Assembly: GCF_004010195.1 (NCBI RefSeq)
Contig: NC_057718.1
Coordinates: 11,952,385-12,016,384 of the forward strand
Length of the DNA stretch: 64,000 nucleotides
From: Chiloscyllium plagiosum
Taxonomy: Eukaryota
Direction: 5' to 3'
Position numbers and translations under genes: made by a program. This document shows positions 52,130-64,000 of the stretch, one piece after another. Numbering within the stretch: position 1 is the stretch's first letter; each line of letters begins with the position of its first letter. The notes under the pieces were generated by a model. That model saw only the letters and a list, made by a program, of their open reading frames with translations. It ran no database searches and was not told where the DNA came from.

Positions 52130-53135
52130 CCTGGCGCAGCGACCTCTCAGCCTCCCGGTGTGGTGACCTCCCAGCCACCCGGCATGGCGTGGAGATCTCC
52201 TAGCCTGGTGCAGCAGCCTCCTCCTGCAGAGGCCTCCCAGTGTAGTGACCTCTTCGCCTACTGTAGTGACCGCCCCTGTGGCATCCTCAGCCTGGCATGG
52301 TAGGCTGAAGCAATCTCCCAAACTCATAATCCACAAGGTGAAGCCTAGTGCTGTCTGGAGCCAGGGCCCGATGAGGATCAGAAGCTAAGTGCAAGCATGG
52401 TCTATTTATTTCTGCAATGCTGGGCATTTTATTTCTCTACCGTTGAAGACCTTGTAACTGAAGAAGCTGTGCCCAGGTACCTTTGTACCTATGTTGGCGC
52501 TGTAAGTGGTGACGTATAAACTTTTCACTGTTAAAAATCACACAACACCAGGTTATAGTCCAACAGGTTTAATTGGAAACACTAGCTTTCAGAGCGTTGC
52601 TCCTTCATCGGGTGGTTGTGGAGTATTAGATTGTAAGTCACAGAATTTATAGCAAACATTTACAGTGTAATGCAACTAAAATTATATATTGAAAAAGACC
52701 TGGATTGTTTGTTAAGTCTCCCATCTTTTAGAATTACCATGTTGGTTTCAGTTCTTTCATATGTAAATCACACTTTTTTTAAAAGTTACATTCTCAAGTG
52801 CACTTTTTAAAAAAGTATTGCAATTTACATATGAAAGTACCGAAACCAACATGGTCATTCTAAAAGTTGAGAGACTTAACAAACAATCCAGGTCTTTTTC
52901 AATATGTAATTTCAGATACATCACACTGTAAACTTTTGTTATAAATTCTGTGTCTTACAATCTTATTCTCCACAACCATCTGATGAAGGAGCAGCGCTCC
53001 GAAAGCTAGGGCTTCCAAATAAACATGCTGGACTATAACCTGGTGTTGTGTGATTTTCAACTTTGTCCACCCCAGTCCAACACCGGCATCTCCAAATCAT
53101 TGAGTATATTTGACAATAAAGACTAATTCTAATTT
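52130..53135 (+). mobile_element. Second copy of the GC-repeat / Rex1-tail non-autonomous element, interrupted by a PLE palindrome
   Basis: caaggtgaagcc..gtctggagccaggg..tatttatttctgcaat..gaagctgtgcc.aggtacctttgtaccta shared with 6450-6640. Tail resumes tgagtatatttgacaataaag at 53101. Confidence 0.75.
52533..53100. mobile_element. ~525-bp palindrome of two inverted PLE pLTRs (second family) with hammerheads
   Basis: Arms ~52533-52785 and ~52803-53057. Plus arm has CUGAUGA-A-GGAGC-AGC-GCUCC-GAAA-GCUA at 52980-53008; minus arm has CCGAUGA..GAAAGCUA. Confidence 0.88.
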
Positions 53136-53737
53136 CCTCATTGCTGAAAAGGTATCGATCGGCTATGTCACTTCTGAGTTGCTGTTATTTTTACTGTGAA
53201 GTATTCCAATGAGTTTTCCAGACAATATTGGTGTAAAGTTGGCACTGGAGGATCAGAGACCACAACAGTTCAACTTATGAAATTTTCTGCCAATATTTCC
53301 GTTACAGTAAATTCCAGACCAATCAGTGATTAAATCTTTAGTTCCAATAACAACAGCCATTCTGCATATCTAATTATATTTTAAATACAAGTCTAGTCAT
53401 GTTAAACAATGATAGACATATCATAGGAACAATTTTAAGTTTAATGTTATTTTGAGGGTCAGCCAAATAAAACTGTATTGAAACTCTAAGTAGACAGCTT
53501 GAATGCATTTCAAAAAGTTCAATGAAATATTCTAATTAGGTATTACTGCAGTTAGGAAGGGTGTTTGATAGAAATCAGCTGTAAAAATCTACAGTAACCA
53601 GTTTCAATTGACACTAGCATTAAAACCACAAGGTCAACAGATTTTTTGCATGCAATAGCAGTTTTGAAGAATGTTGGAAGTCTAATGGAGGGACTTGGTG
53701 TGAGAAGTCACAAAAGAAAAGCTTGGCACACTTTGTG

Positions 53738-54760
53738 AACTTCATCTGAACCCCAACATATGTTATATACTAAACCTCAATTAGTGTATTTGATTGTGAG
53801 GATTCTCCCTTCTCAAACAACTTTCTGTTGCATTAGAAACCTGTGAGATCAAGCACAGTTGACACATGGTTGCTAAGGCAAGGATGAATAGAACCTAGTT
53901 TTAGAGTCATAGATATCTCCAGCACAGAGAAAGCCCCTTCGGTCTATCGCATTCGTGCACACCATTCTAATCCCATTTTTCAGCACTTGGCCCATAGCCT
54001 TGGCATTGCAAGTGCACATCTAAATACTTCTTAAATGGTATGAGGGTTTCTTCCTCTACTACCCTTACAAGCAATGAGGTCCAGACAAATCTCTGGATGA
54101 AAATATTTTTCCTCACATCCCTTCTAAAACATCTGCCTCTTCCCTTAAATCTGGTCATTGATCCCTCCATCAAGAGAAAAAGCTTCTTCTTGTCTACCTT
54201 TTCTACGTATCTCATTATTTTACACATCTCCACCACGTCCCTCTTGACCATTGCATTGACATGGGTGGATCAGTATAAAATGTTGGTTCGGCCACAGATA
54301 AAGTTTTCTGTGCTTTCTGGAATCCATATTATACGAGAATATTGCCTGGTCTGTAGAGTTTCAGTTATGAAGACAGATGGAACAGATTGGAGTTGTTTTC
54401 CTTCAAGCAAAGACATGACACAACGTGGTAGAGGGAAAAATATTCAAAACACTTAAGAAGTATTTAGACATACACGTGCAATGCCAAGGCATACAAGAGC
54501 TGGAAAATGATATTAAAATAGTTAGGTGCTTGTTTTTCACCAGCGCAGACACGATGGACCAAAGGGGCTTTCTCTAAACTGTAGATATCTATGACTCTAA
54601 AACTAGGTTCTATTCATCCTTGCCTTAGCAATCATGTGTCAACTATGTTTGATCCACAGGTTTCTAACGCAGCAGAACTTTGTTTGAGGAGGGAGAATCC
54701 TCACTAACAAAAACACCACTAATCACAGTATATAACTTATGTTGGAGTTCACATTAAGTT
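53738..54760. repeat. Inverted duplication of a CR1 3' tail plus ~165 bp of adjacent flank (arms ~53738-54034 and ~54453-54760)
   Basis: A 49-nt perfect reverse-complement block ttgctaaggcaaggatgaatagaacctagttttagagtcatagatatct crosses the LINE-tail/flank junction, with degenerate extension both ways. Confidence 0.9.
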
Positions 54761-54959
54761 AGTATGTCGCAGATTAGGAACGATAAATGCAAGTATTAGT
54801 AAATAAATGTTGAATAAACTCTATGGCATTCCTCAATTTAACAGAGACAATTGATTAAATTTGAATTAAAATAATAAGCAAAGATTAGTCAGACAATTTT
54901 AAAGAGCAATATTTATTATCTATTATCATTAAAGAATATGTAAACAACAACAGAACATC

Positions 54960-55430
54960 ACAGAATCATAGAAAGATTATAACACCAGAGGAGGATATTT
55001 GGCCCATTGAGTCCATGAGGGCGGTCTGCAAGAGCCATTTAGCAAATACACCACATTAACCTTTCCACATTGCCCTCAAATACTTTTTCTTAAGGTGTTT
55101 ATCCAATTCCTTTTTAAAAATGATAACTGAACCTGCCTCGACTAGAATCAGGCAGTGCTTTCCTGATCTTAACCATTCACTGCATAGAAAAGCTTTTCCT
55201 TGTGCCATTGTCAGTTCTTGTGCCAATCCCCTGTGTTACTACCTGTGTCCTTTGCTTTACAATCATTTCACCTGTCTTCACTGCCTAGACCTCTCATGAT
55301 TTTGAACACCTCTATCAAATCTCCTTTTTTCTCTTCTCTTAGGACCACTTCTCCAATTTATCCATACAACGGCAGTTCTTCATCTCTGAAAACATTCTGT
55401 AAATCTTTTCTGGAACCTCTAAACCCTTCA
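54960..55430 (-). mobile_element. Old CR1 3' end
   Basis: cacagaatcatagaaag..ttggcccattgagtcc tail; ctctcatgattttgaacacctctatcaaatctcc. Confidence 0.7.
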
Positions 55431-56304
55431 CAAAGTGTTTTGTCCAGTGTGTTTAAAGTAAAATGACAAAATGACCATACTCTATATTTTATAACAAATG
55501 CTTTATAAATTTTCCCTGATAATAAAAAAGGCAGACAAGCTAATGGCAAGAGGACATCTGCTGCACTCTGTGCTTTGGGTCAAATATCATTAAAAATACG
55601 ATTCTTTACAAGAGTATAAAAGCCATAATCTGCAAAAGCATTCACTTTTTATTTCAAGTTATCTATTTACCCAGCTGCTTACAATTTTCTCCAACAAAAC
55701 AATTGTGATCTTTTACATTAACGCTTGCACCGCCAACAATCAAATTCAATCAGCGTACTTGCCACAGAAATGATCCTTTTTGTAGGGAAATAATGATTTA
55801 AAGATTGCAGGCAAAGATAAAAGCTACAATTTTAAACTTAACCTGTTCACTGAGAATGAGGTGAATTCAGGTCAGATGCACCATTTATACCTCCACATTT
55901 CTTGAATTTACAGCCCTTTTACATAGAAGCAGAAAAAGTAGGAGCTCAAGTAGGCCATTTGCTAGTGCCAGACTGCTCTGCCATTCAATATGATCGTGGT
56001 TGATTATCTCTTTGTTTGCTGTTCCCACTGTCTCCCCATACCATTTGATCCCTTTAGTCCTAATATTAAACTTTTTAAAAACACATTTAATGTTTTGGCA
56101 TCAACCACCTTCTCAGAGGCTCACTATTCTCTGTGTAAAGATGAGATTTCTCCTCATCTCTGTACTAAATGACCTACCTTATATCGTTAGACTCTGACGC
56201 CTGGATCTGGACTCCACAGTGAACATGAACATCCTTTCTGTGTTTATCCTGAGTAATCCTGTTAGAATTGTATAGGTATCAAAGTGGCCTCCTCTCTTTC
56301 TTCA

Positions 56305-56620
56305 GGGTGGCATGGTGGCTCAGTGGTTAGCACTGCTGCCTCACAGTACCAGGGTCCCAGGTTTGATTCTGGCCTTGGGCGACTGTCTGTGTGGAGTTTG
56401 TACATTCTCCCCATGTCTGCGTGGGTTTCCTCTGGGTACTCCGGTTTCCTCCCACAATCCAAAGTTGTGCAGGTCAGGTGAATTGGCCATGCTAAATTGC
56501 CCATAGTGTTAGGTGCATTAGTCAGAGGGAAATCGGACTGGGTGGCTTACTCTTTGGAGGGTCGGTGTGGACTTGTTGGGCCGCAGGGCCTGTTTCCACA
56601 CTGTAGGGACTCTAACCTAA
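56305..56620 (+). mobile_element. HE1 / V-SINE
   Basis: gggtggcatggtggctcagtggttagcactgctgcctcacag head and V-domain. Confidence 0.9.
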
Positions 56621-57552
56621 ACTTCATCACTTGCTGCATCTGAATGCTTCCTTTCAGAATCATATACAAGGACACCCAGATCTCGTTGCACCTCCCCCTT
56701 TCTCAACCTATCACCATTCAGGTAATAAAACGCCATCCTGGTTTTGCTGCCAAAATAGATAACCTCACATTTATCCATATTCTACTTCATCAGTCATGCA
56801 TTTGCCCACTCACTCAACTTGTCCAAATCACACTGAAGCATATCATTATTCTCACAGCTGAACTTTCCATCCAACTTTGTGTCATCTGCAAACTTGGAGA
56901 TATTATTTAGTTCCCCTTTCCATATTGTTAATATATATTGTGAATAGTGAGAGCAAAAGCACTGATCTCAATGGTACCACAGAATAATTACTGTCTGCCA
57001 TTCAGAAAAAAGATTGGTTTATTCTTATTCTTTGTTTCCTGTCTGTCAACCAGTTCTTTATCCATGTCAGTACACTAACTTCAATCCAATGTGCTTTAAG
57101 TTTACATGCTAATCTCTTGTGTGGGACCTTAATGAAACCTTCTGAAAGTCAAAGCAAATCACACCGACGGGCTCCCTTTCTCAACTCCAAAACTTCAAGT
57201 AGATTCGTAAAGAATTATTTCCCTTTCATAAATCTATACTGATTCTATCCAATCCTGTCACTTTTCCAAGTGTTCTGTTATTAAATCCTACATATTGGAC
57301 TCTACCATTTTCCCCACTACCAATGTCAGGCTAACTGGTCTATAATTACTTGTTTTTCTCGACGTTTATTTAAATTAGTGGGGTTACATTGGTGACTCTC
57401 TAACACATAGTAATATCTCCACAGTCTATAGGATCTTGAAAGATGACCAACAATGTACCCAGTATTTCTGGGGCCATTTCCTTAAGTATTTTGGGATGTA
57501 GATTATTGGTGCCCATGTATTTGTTGACCTTAATATCATTAATTTCTCAAGA

Positions 57553-58158
57553 CTACTGCGACCACTAGGACTCATAACAGCACACAAACCAACAGCCATT
57601 CTCAGACAACAACTCACCAGAACGATGGACCCAATATCCAGCAACAGCAAAACCAATGCAATGTACAAAATTCCATGCAAGGACTTCACAAAACACTACA
57701 TAGGACAAACAGGAAGACAGCTAACGATCCGCACCCATGAACACCAACTAGCCACGAAACAACACGACCAGCTATCCTTAGTAGCCACACACGCAGATGA
57801 CAAGCAACATGAGTTCGACTGGGACAACACTATTATTATAGGACAAGCCAAACAGAGAACAGCCAGGGAATTCCTAGAGGCATGGCACTCATCCACAGAT
57901 TCAATCAATAAGCACATCGACCTGGACCCAATATACCGACCACTGCAATGGACAGCTGGAACTGACAACTGGAAGTGGCAGATTCAAACCACTACAAAAG
58001 GCGGAGGAAAGGTCACAGAAGCGCTTCACAGGAGGCTCCCAAGCACTGAGGATGTCACCTCAACAGGGGACGAAACGTCTGCAACACAAATTCCCAGCTC
58101 GGCGAACAGAACCACAACAACGAGCACCCAAGCTACAAATCTTCTCACAAACTTTGAA
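57553..58158 (+). mobile_element. 5'-truncated Penelope-like element (third family): GIY-YIG domain and pLTR
   Basis: ORF 57625-58173 NAMYKIPCKDFTKHYIGQTGRQLTIRTHEH..REFLEAWH..SINK. Confidence 0.92.
58043..58082 (+). ncRNA. Minimal type I hammerhead ribozyme (intact core)
   Basis: GCA-CUGAGGA-U-GUCACCU-CAAC-AGGGGAC-GAAA-C-GUC-UGC. Stem I GCA/UGC, 7-bp stem II with one mismatch, predicted cleavage after C58079. Confidence 0.85.
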
Positions 58159-58170
58159 CTACTTCCCTAC

Positions 58171-61035
58171 TAGAGTCATAGAGACCCTTCAGTCCAATCT
58201 GTCCATGCCGACCAGATAGCCCAACACAATTTAGTCCCACCTGCCAGTACCCAGCCATATCCCTCCAAACGCTTCCTATTCATATACCCATTCAAATGCC
58301 TCTTAAATGCTGAAATTGTACCAGCCTCCACCACTTCCTCTGGCAGCTCATTCCATACCCATACCACCTCTGTGTGAAAAAGTTGACCCGTAAGTCTCTT
58401 TTATTTCTTTGCCCTCTCACCCTAAACCTATGCCCTCTAGTTCTGGACTCCCCACCCCAGGGAAAAGACTTTGTCTATTTACCCGATCCATGCCTCTCAA
58501 AATTTTGTAAATCTCTATAAGGTCACCCCTCAGCCTCCGACGCTCCAGGGAAAACAGCCCCAGTCTGTTCAGCCTCTCCCTATCACTCAAATCCTCCAAC
58601 ACTGGCAACATCCTAATAAATTTTTTCTGAACCCTTTCAAGTTTCACAACATCTTTCTGATAGGAAGGAGATCAGAATTGCATGCAATATTCCAACAGTG
58701 GCCTAACCAATGTCCTGTACAGCTGCAACATGACCTCCCAGCTCCTGTACTCAATAAAGGAAAGCATAACAAAACCCCTTCTTCACTATCCTATCTACCT
58801 GCGACTCCACTTTCAAGGAGCTATGAACCTGCACTCCAAGGTCTCTTTGTTCAGCAACACTCCCTAGGACCTTTCCATTAAGTGTATAAGTCCTGCTAAG
58901 ATTTGCTTTCCCAAAATGCAGCACCTCGCATTTATCTGAATTAAACTCCATATGCCACTTCTCAGCCCATTGGCCCATTTGGTCCAGATCCTGTTGTAAT
59001 CTGAGGTAACCCTCTTCGCTGTCCACTACACCTCCAATTTTGGTGTCATCTTCAAACTTACTAACTGTAACTCTTATACTCGCACCCAAATCATTTATGT
59101 AAATGACAAAAGGTAGAAGACCCAGCACTGATCCTTGTGGCACTCCACTGGTCGCAAGCCTCCAGTCTGAAAAATAACCCTCTATCACCACTCTCTGTCT
59201 TCTACCTTTGAGCCAATTCTGTATCCAAATGGCTGGTTCTCCCTGTATTTCATGAGATCTAACCTTGCTAATCAGTCTCCCATAGGGAACCTTGTTGAAT
59301 GCCTCACTGAAGTCCATATAGATCACATCTACCGCTCTGCCCGCATCAATCCTCTTTGTTACTTTTTCAATAAACTCAATCAAGTTTGTGAGACATGATT
59401 TCCCACGCACTAAGCCATGTTGACTATCCCTAATCAGTCCTTGCCTTTCCAAACACATGTACATCCTGACCTTCAGGATTCCCTCCAACAACTTGCCCAC
59501 CACCGACGTCAGGCTCACTGGTCTCTAGTTCCCTGGCTTGCCCTTACCACCCTCTTAAACAATAGCACCAAGTTAGTCAACCTCCAGTCTTCTGGCACCT
59601 CACCTGTGACTATCGATGATACAAATATCTCAGCAAGAGGCCCAGCAATCACTTCTCTAGCTTCCCACAGAGTTCTCGGGTACACCTGATCAGGTCTGGA
59701 GATTTATCCACCTAGATGCATTTCAAGACATCTAGCACTTCCTCCTCTGTAATATAGACATTTTGCAAGGTGTCTCCATCTATTTCACTACTTTCTATAT
59801 CTTTAACACCGTTTTCTTAAATACTGATGCAAAATACTCATTTAGTATCTCCCCCATTTTCTGCGGCTCCACACTGAGGCCGCCTTGCTGATCTCTGAGG
59901 AACCCTATTCTTTCCCTAGATACCCTTTTGTCCTTAATGTATTTGTAAAAAACCTTTGGATTCTCCTTAATTCTATTTGCCAAAGCTATCTCATGTCCCC
60001 TTTTTTGACCTCCTTATTTCCCTCTTAAGTATACTCCTACTTCCTTTATAGTCTTCTAAGGATTCACTTGATCTATCCTGTCTATACCTTACGTATGCTT
60101 CCTTCTTTTTCTTAACCAAACCCTCAATTTCTTTAGTCATCCACCATTCCCTATACTTACCAGCCTTTCCTTTCACCCTCAAAGGAATATACTTTCTCTG
60201 GATTCTCATTATCTCATTTCTGAAGGCTTCCCATTTTCCAACCGTCCCCTTACCTGCGAACATCTGCCCCCAATCAGCTTTCGAAAGTTCTTGCCTAATA
60301 CCGTAAAAATTTGCCCTTCTCCAATTTGGAACTTCAACTTTTAGATCTGGTCTATCCTTTTCCATCACTAGTTTAAAACGTATAGAATTATAGTCGCTGG
60401 CCCCAAAGTGCTCACTGGCCCCACTGATACCTCAGTCACCTGCCCTGCCTTATTTCCCAAGAGTAGGTCACGTTTTGCACCTTCTCTAGTAGGTACATTC
60501 ACATACTGAATCAGAAAATTGTCTTGTACATACTTAAGAAATTCCCCTCCATCTAAACCATTAACACTATGGCAGTCCCAGTCGATGTTTGGAAAGTTAA
60601 AATCCCCTACCATAACTACCCTATTATTCTTACAGATAGCTGAGATCTCCTTACAAGTTTGTTTCTCAATTTCCCTCTCGCTATTAGGGGGTCTATAACA
60701 CAATCCCAATAACGTGATCATCCCTTTCTTATTTCTTAGTTCCACCCAAATTACTTCCCTGGATGTATTTTCGGGAATATCCTCCCTCAGCACAGCTGTA
60801 ATGCTATCCCTTATCAAAAATGCCACTCCCCCTCCTCTCTTGCTTCCCTTTCTATCCTTCCTGTAGCATTTGTATCCTGAAATATTAAGCTGCCAGTCCT
60901 GTCCATCCCTGAGCCATGTTTCTGTAATTGCTATGATATCCCAGTCCCATGTTCCTAACCATGCCCTGAGTTCATCTGCCTTTCCTGTTAGGCCCCTTGC
61001 ATTGAAATAAATGCAGTTTAATTTATTAGTCCTAC
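58171..61035 (-). mobile_element. CR1 (HER1-like) LINE, nearly complete ORF2 (APE + RT) with frameshifts
   Basis: ORFs 60368-60826, 59991-60368, 59795-59983, 58751-59518 (YMDFSEAFNKVP, GVPQGSVLG, FEDDTK) and 58417-58647; ctatgactct tail at 58171-58185. Confidence 0.96.
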
Positions 61036-61204
61036 CTTGTCCCTAGTCTGATTTCCTTCAGTTTCCCTCTGTCTCACTTGACCATATGCTCCCCAATATT
61101 TTTGAGATGTTATTTGTGTCCTCCATTGTGCAAACAACCAAAGTACGTATCTGCAATCCCTCTGTTTCCCATCACAATTTCCTTTGTTTGTGACAGTAAG
61201 GAAT

Positions 61205-61442
61205 TTGATGATTAGATTCCCTACAGCGTGGAAACAGGCCCTTCGGGCCAACCAGTCCACACCGACCCTCCGAAGAGTAACCCACTCAGACCCATTTCCC
61301 TCTGACTAATGCACCTAACATTATGTGCAATTTAGCATGGCCAATTCACCTGACCTGCACATCTTTGGACTGTGGAGGAAACTGGAGCACCCAGAGGAAA
61401 CCCATGCAGACACAGGGCGAAAATGCAAACTCCACACAGACA
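61205..61442 (-). mobile_element. 5'-truncated HE1 / V-SINE
   Basis: V-domain and tail present, tRNA head absent. Confidence 0.85.
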
Positions 61443-61719
61443 AACTTACATTTGTTTTCACGAACCTTTTTATTTTCACATAACTACAGAATTCTTTGCC
61501 ATCAGTTTTATGTCCCTGCAAGCTTGCCCTTGAACTTATTACTACCCCCTTAACAAATCCATTTGTTCTCCTTTGCTGAAATTTAAACTGCTCTCAATCC
61601 TCAGATCTGCTTTATTTCATCAGTTTGTATGCCCCTTCTTTCAATCTAATACTATCCCTAATTTCTCTTGTTAGTCATGTTTTGGGTCACCTTTCCTGTT
61701 TTATTTTTGTGCCATGCCT

Positions 61720-62125
61720 TTCTTCCCTAAAGCATCGGAGTCTGAGGGATGACCTTGTAGAGGTTTATAAAATTATGAGTGGCATGGATAGGGTGAATAG
61801 CCAAGGACTGTTACCCCAGGGTAGGGGAGTCCAAAATTAGAGGTTCAAGGTGAGAGGGGAAAGATTAAAAGGGACCTGAGGGACAACGTTTTCACACAGA
61901 GGGTGGTGCATGTATGGAACGAGATGCCAGAGGAAGTGGTGGAGGCAGATACAATTTCGATATTTAAATTTTTTGATATTTCTGGATGGGTAAATGAATA
62001 GGAAGAGTTTAGAGGGATATGAACCAAATACTGGCAAACAGGACTAGATCAACTTAGGATACCTGGTCAGTACGGACGAATTGGACTGAAGGATCTGTTT
62101 CCGTGCTGTATAAATCTAAGACTTT
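61720..62125 (+). mobile_element. CR1 3' end
   Basis: LRDDLVEVYKIMSGMDRVNSQ; ttttcacacagagggtggtg; gaaggatctgtttccgtgctgta. Confidence 0.9.
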
Positions 62126-62143
62126 TGTGCCTATACTTTTTGT

Positions 62144-62465
62144 GGGCGGCACGGTGGCACAGTGGTTAGCACATGCTGCCTCACAGCGCCAGGGACCCGG
62201 GTTCAATTCCCTCCTCAGGCGACTGTCTGTGTGGAGTTTGCACATTCTCCCCGTGTCTGCGTGGGTTTCCTCCGGGTGTTCCGGTTTCCTCCCACAATCC
62301 AAAAATGTGCAGGTTAGGTGAATTGGCCACGCTAAATTGCCCCATAGTGTTAGATGAAGAGGTAAATGTAGGGGAATGGGTCTGGGTGGGTTGCGCTTCG
62401 ACGGGTCGGTGTGGACTTGTTGGGCCGAAGGGCCTGTTTCCACACTGTAATCTAATCTAATCTAA
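62144..62465 (+). mobile_element. HE1 / V-SINE, young full-length copy
   Basis: gggcggcacggtggcacagtggttagc head with CpGs retained, (taatc)4 tail. Confidence 0.92.
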
Positions 62466-64000
62466 CCACATAAACATTTGGAAATATGATTCTACAAATC
62501 AAGCTTGGAACACAATTAACCTTCCCTATGTGTGTTCCTTTACTCTCACACAAGTTCATATACAAGCAGTTGACTCGGTTGTCCCTTGTTTCTGAACTTT
62601 TCAAACATCCAACATGTAGCAACCTGAGACTCTTTGATTGTGAAAATCTTTCTGCAGTGGATACTTTCCAGCACCATCTGAACACATGTTCTTCCCTTGT
62701 TTCTTTAGGCATTCATGAAAAAAAGAGCAGGCCCAGAGTTGCCAACAAAATTAGAATGTTGAATGATTTATCGTTATTGACATTGCTACGAAAAGAAGAC
62801 CTTTCATGACCACTGGGTGTCCCAAAATGCCTTTTAGTCAATGAAGTGCCCCTCATAAATAGCGGATTCTGATATAGGGGCCTTTGCCTTTATGCACAGC
62901 TTCAACTTTAAAATACATAAGGAAACAAAGCTTCAGATAGGGCTTCCCTGAATTCATTGTGACCTAAAGGTGTGTGTTTGTGGAGATCTGTCAACAATTT
63001 GATGCAGTGGTGGGAGCACAGTGGATGCAGATGAGAGTTTTGCCCTTTAGAAGGATGTCACATTTTAGCCATCTGATATGTTTGTAGCTGTGTATGAGAA
63101 CACACAAGGCTAGCTATCCATTGTAATAGCACGTATAATGCAAACCATTGTAGGACCGTCAAAAAGACAAAGAGCCTCGGCAATTTTAAGATTCTCTTAA
63201 CACCATTTTTATATCATGATACGAGGGGAGTAGCGAGAAGGGTCAGGTAAGGTTTGCACATAAAATTTCCACTGTCACCTAAACAGGGGCAAATCAAAAC
63301 AGTAGGCACATTTACATTTCACTAACCAGGTATTGATTTGGTTGAACTTCATTTCAATGGTTCTGAGAACTTTATGAAGATGATATAGAACAATGTAATA
63401 AAGAGAAAACGAATAGAGTGAGTTAACTGTGTTAGTACAAATGGCAAGATTTTTGAAGATGTATTTGGGTTTTGGATTGTACACACATCATACCATGCCA
63501 TGGATTGGCCAAGTACAGGTCTTGGCAATCTGAAGATAATGAACACAAACTCATTAGCTATTCTTCTATATCATGGTGCACTCTTTCCTGCTTCTGGGTG
63601 ACTTCCTTCTCATCCATGCCTCTTTAGATGCAACAAGCAAAGAGTACAACCTTCATCAAAATCTGGAAAGGATCATACTGTAAGATGTATCCAGGCACTC
63701 AAAACATACCATTAAGTTGTCTACAATGGAGACAATAATGATTCTAATGGTTACATCAGATTCATATTCTGCCTACAGACTATAACTGATCATGACTATC
63801 CCAGAGGTGTCACATGCCAAGGTAGACCTGTTCTCCTCTTAAATATCTCTGGACAAACTTTCAGTGTTAAATAACCCTGCCTTTATGGTTATGACATAAA
63901 ATGGAGATTTGATTATTGCTGTCCGATTGGGGTTTTATTGTTTTGTTGGTCACTGAAGGCATGCTGGTTGGGGAGTAAAAATAATGAAGATCATGTGATT

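Larger units (their letters stand above)
55922..61720 (-). mobile_element. Old CR1 LINE acting as host for nested HE1, PLE and younger CR1 insertions
   Basis: Colinear CR1 segments at 55922-56300, 56625-57552, 58159-58170, 61040-61200 and 61445-61715. Confidence 0.7.

Noticed and set aside
62144..62215. Functional tRNA gene
   Set aside because: tRNA-like head continues directly into V-SINE body and tail; same for the other HE1 copies.

Overview
Eukaryotic, repeat-dominated DNA, almost certainly from a shark or other elasmobranch, inferred from the HE1/V-SINE, SacSINE1-type DeuSINE and HER1-like CR1 families. The only host-gene piece I can support is one 103-bp minus-strand coding exon (34381-34483) that I recognise as a C-terminal WD40 exon of WDR27, so the window is probably mostly two large introns. 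The rest is nested mobile DNA: several CR1 LINE subfamilies, at least three Penelope-like element (PLE) families, a Rex1/Babar remnant with a probable dependent SINE family, L1/Tx1-type 3' ends, a solo LTR, a decayed PIF/Harbinger-like element and a 5S rRNA pseudogene joined to a tRNA-like SINE head. There are two assembly gaps. Most interesting observations: (i) about 18 intact or decayed minimal hammerhead-ribozyme motifs in PLE termini and in small, often palindromic non-autonomous elements; (ii) two different PLEs inserted at the same position of the same tRNA-SINE family; (iii) a head-to-tail array of A-tailed L1/Tx1-like units whose junctions share an ATAAGCAGG-like motif; (iv) two local inverted duplications that include non-repeat-looking DNA. 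Family names come from my recall of consensus sequences and were not checked by database search.
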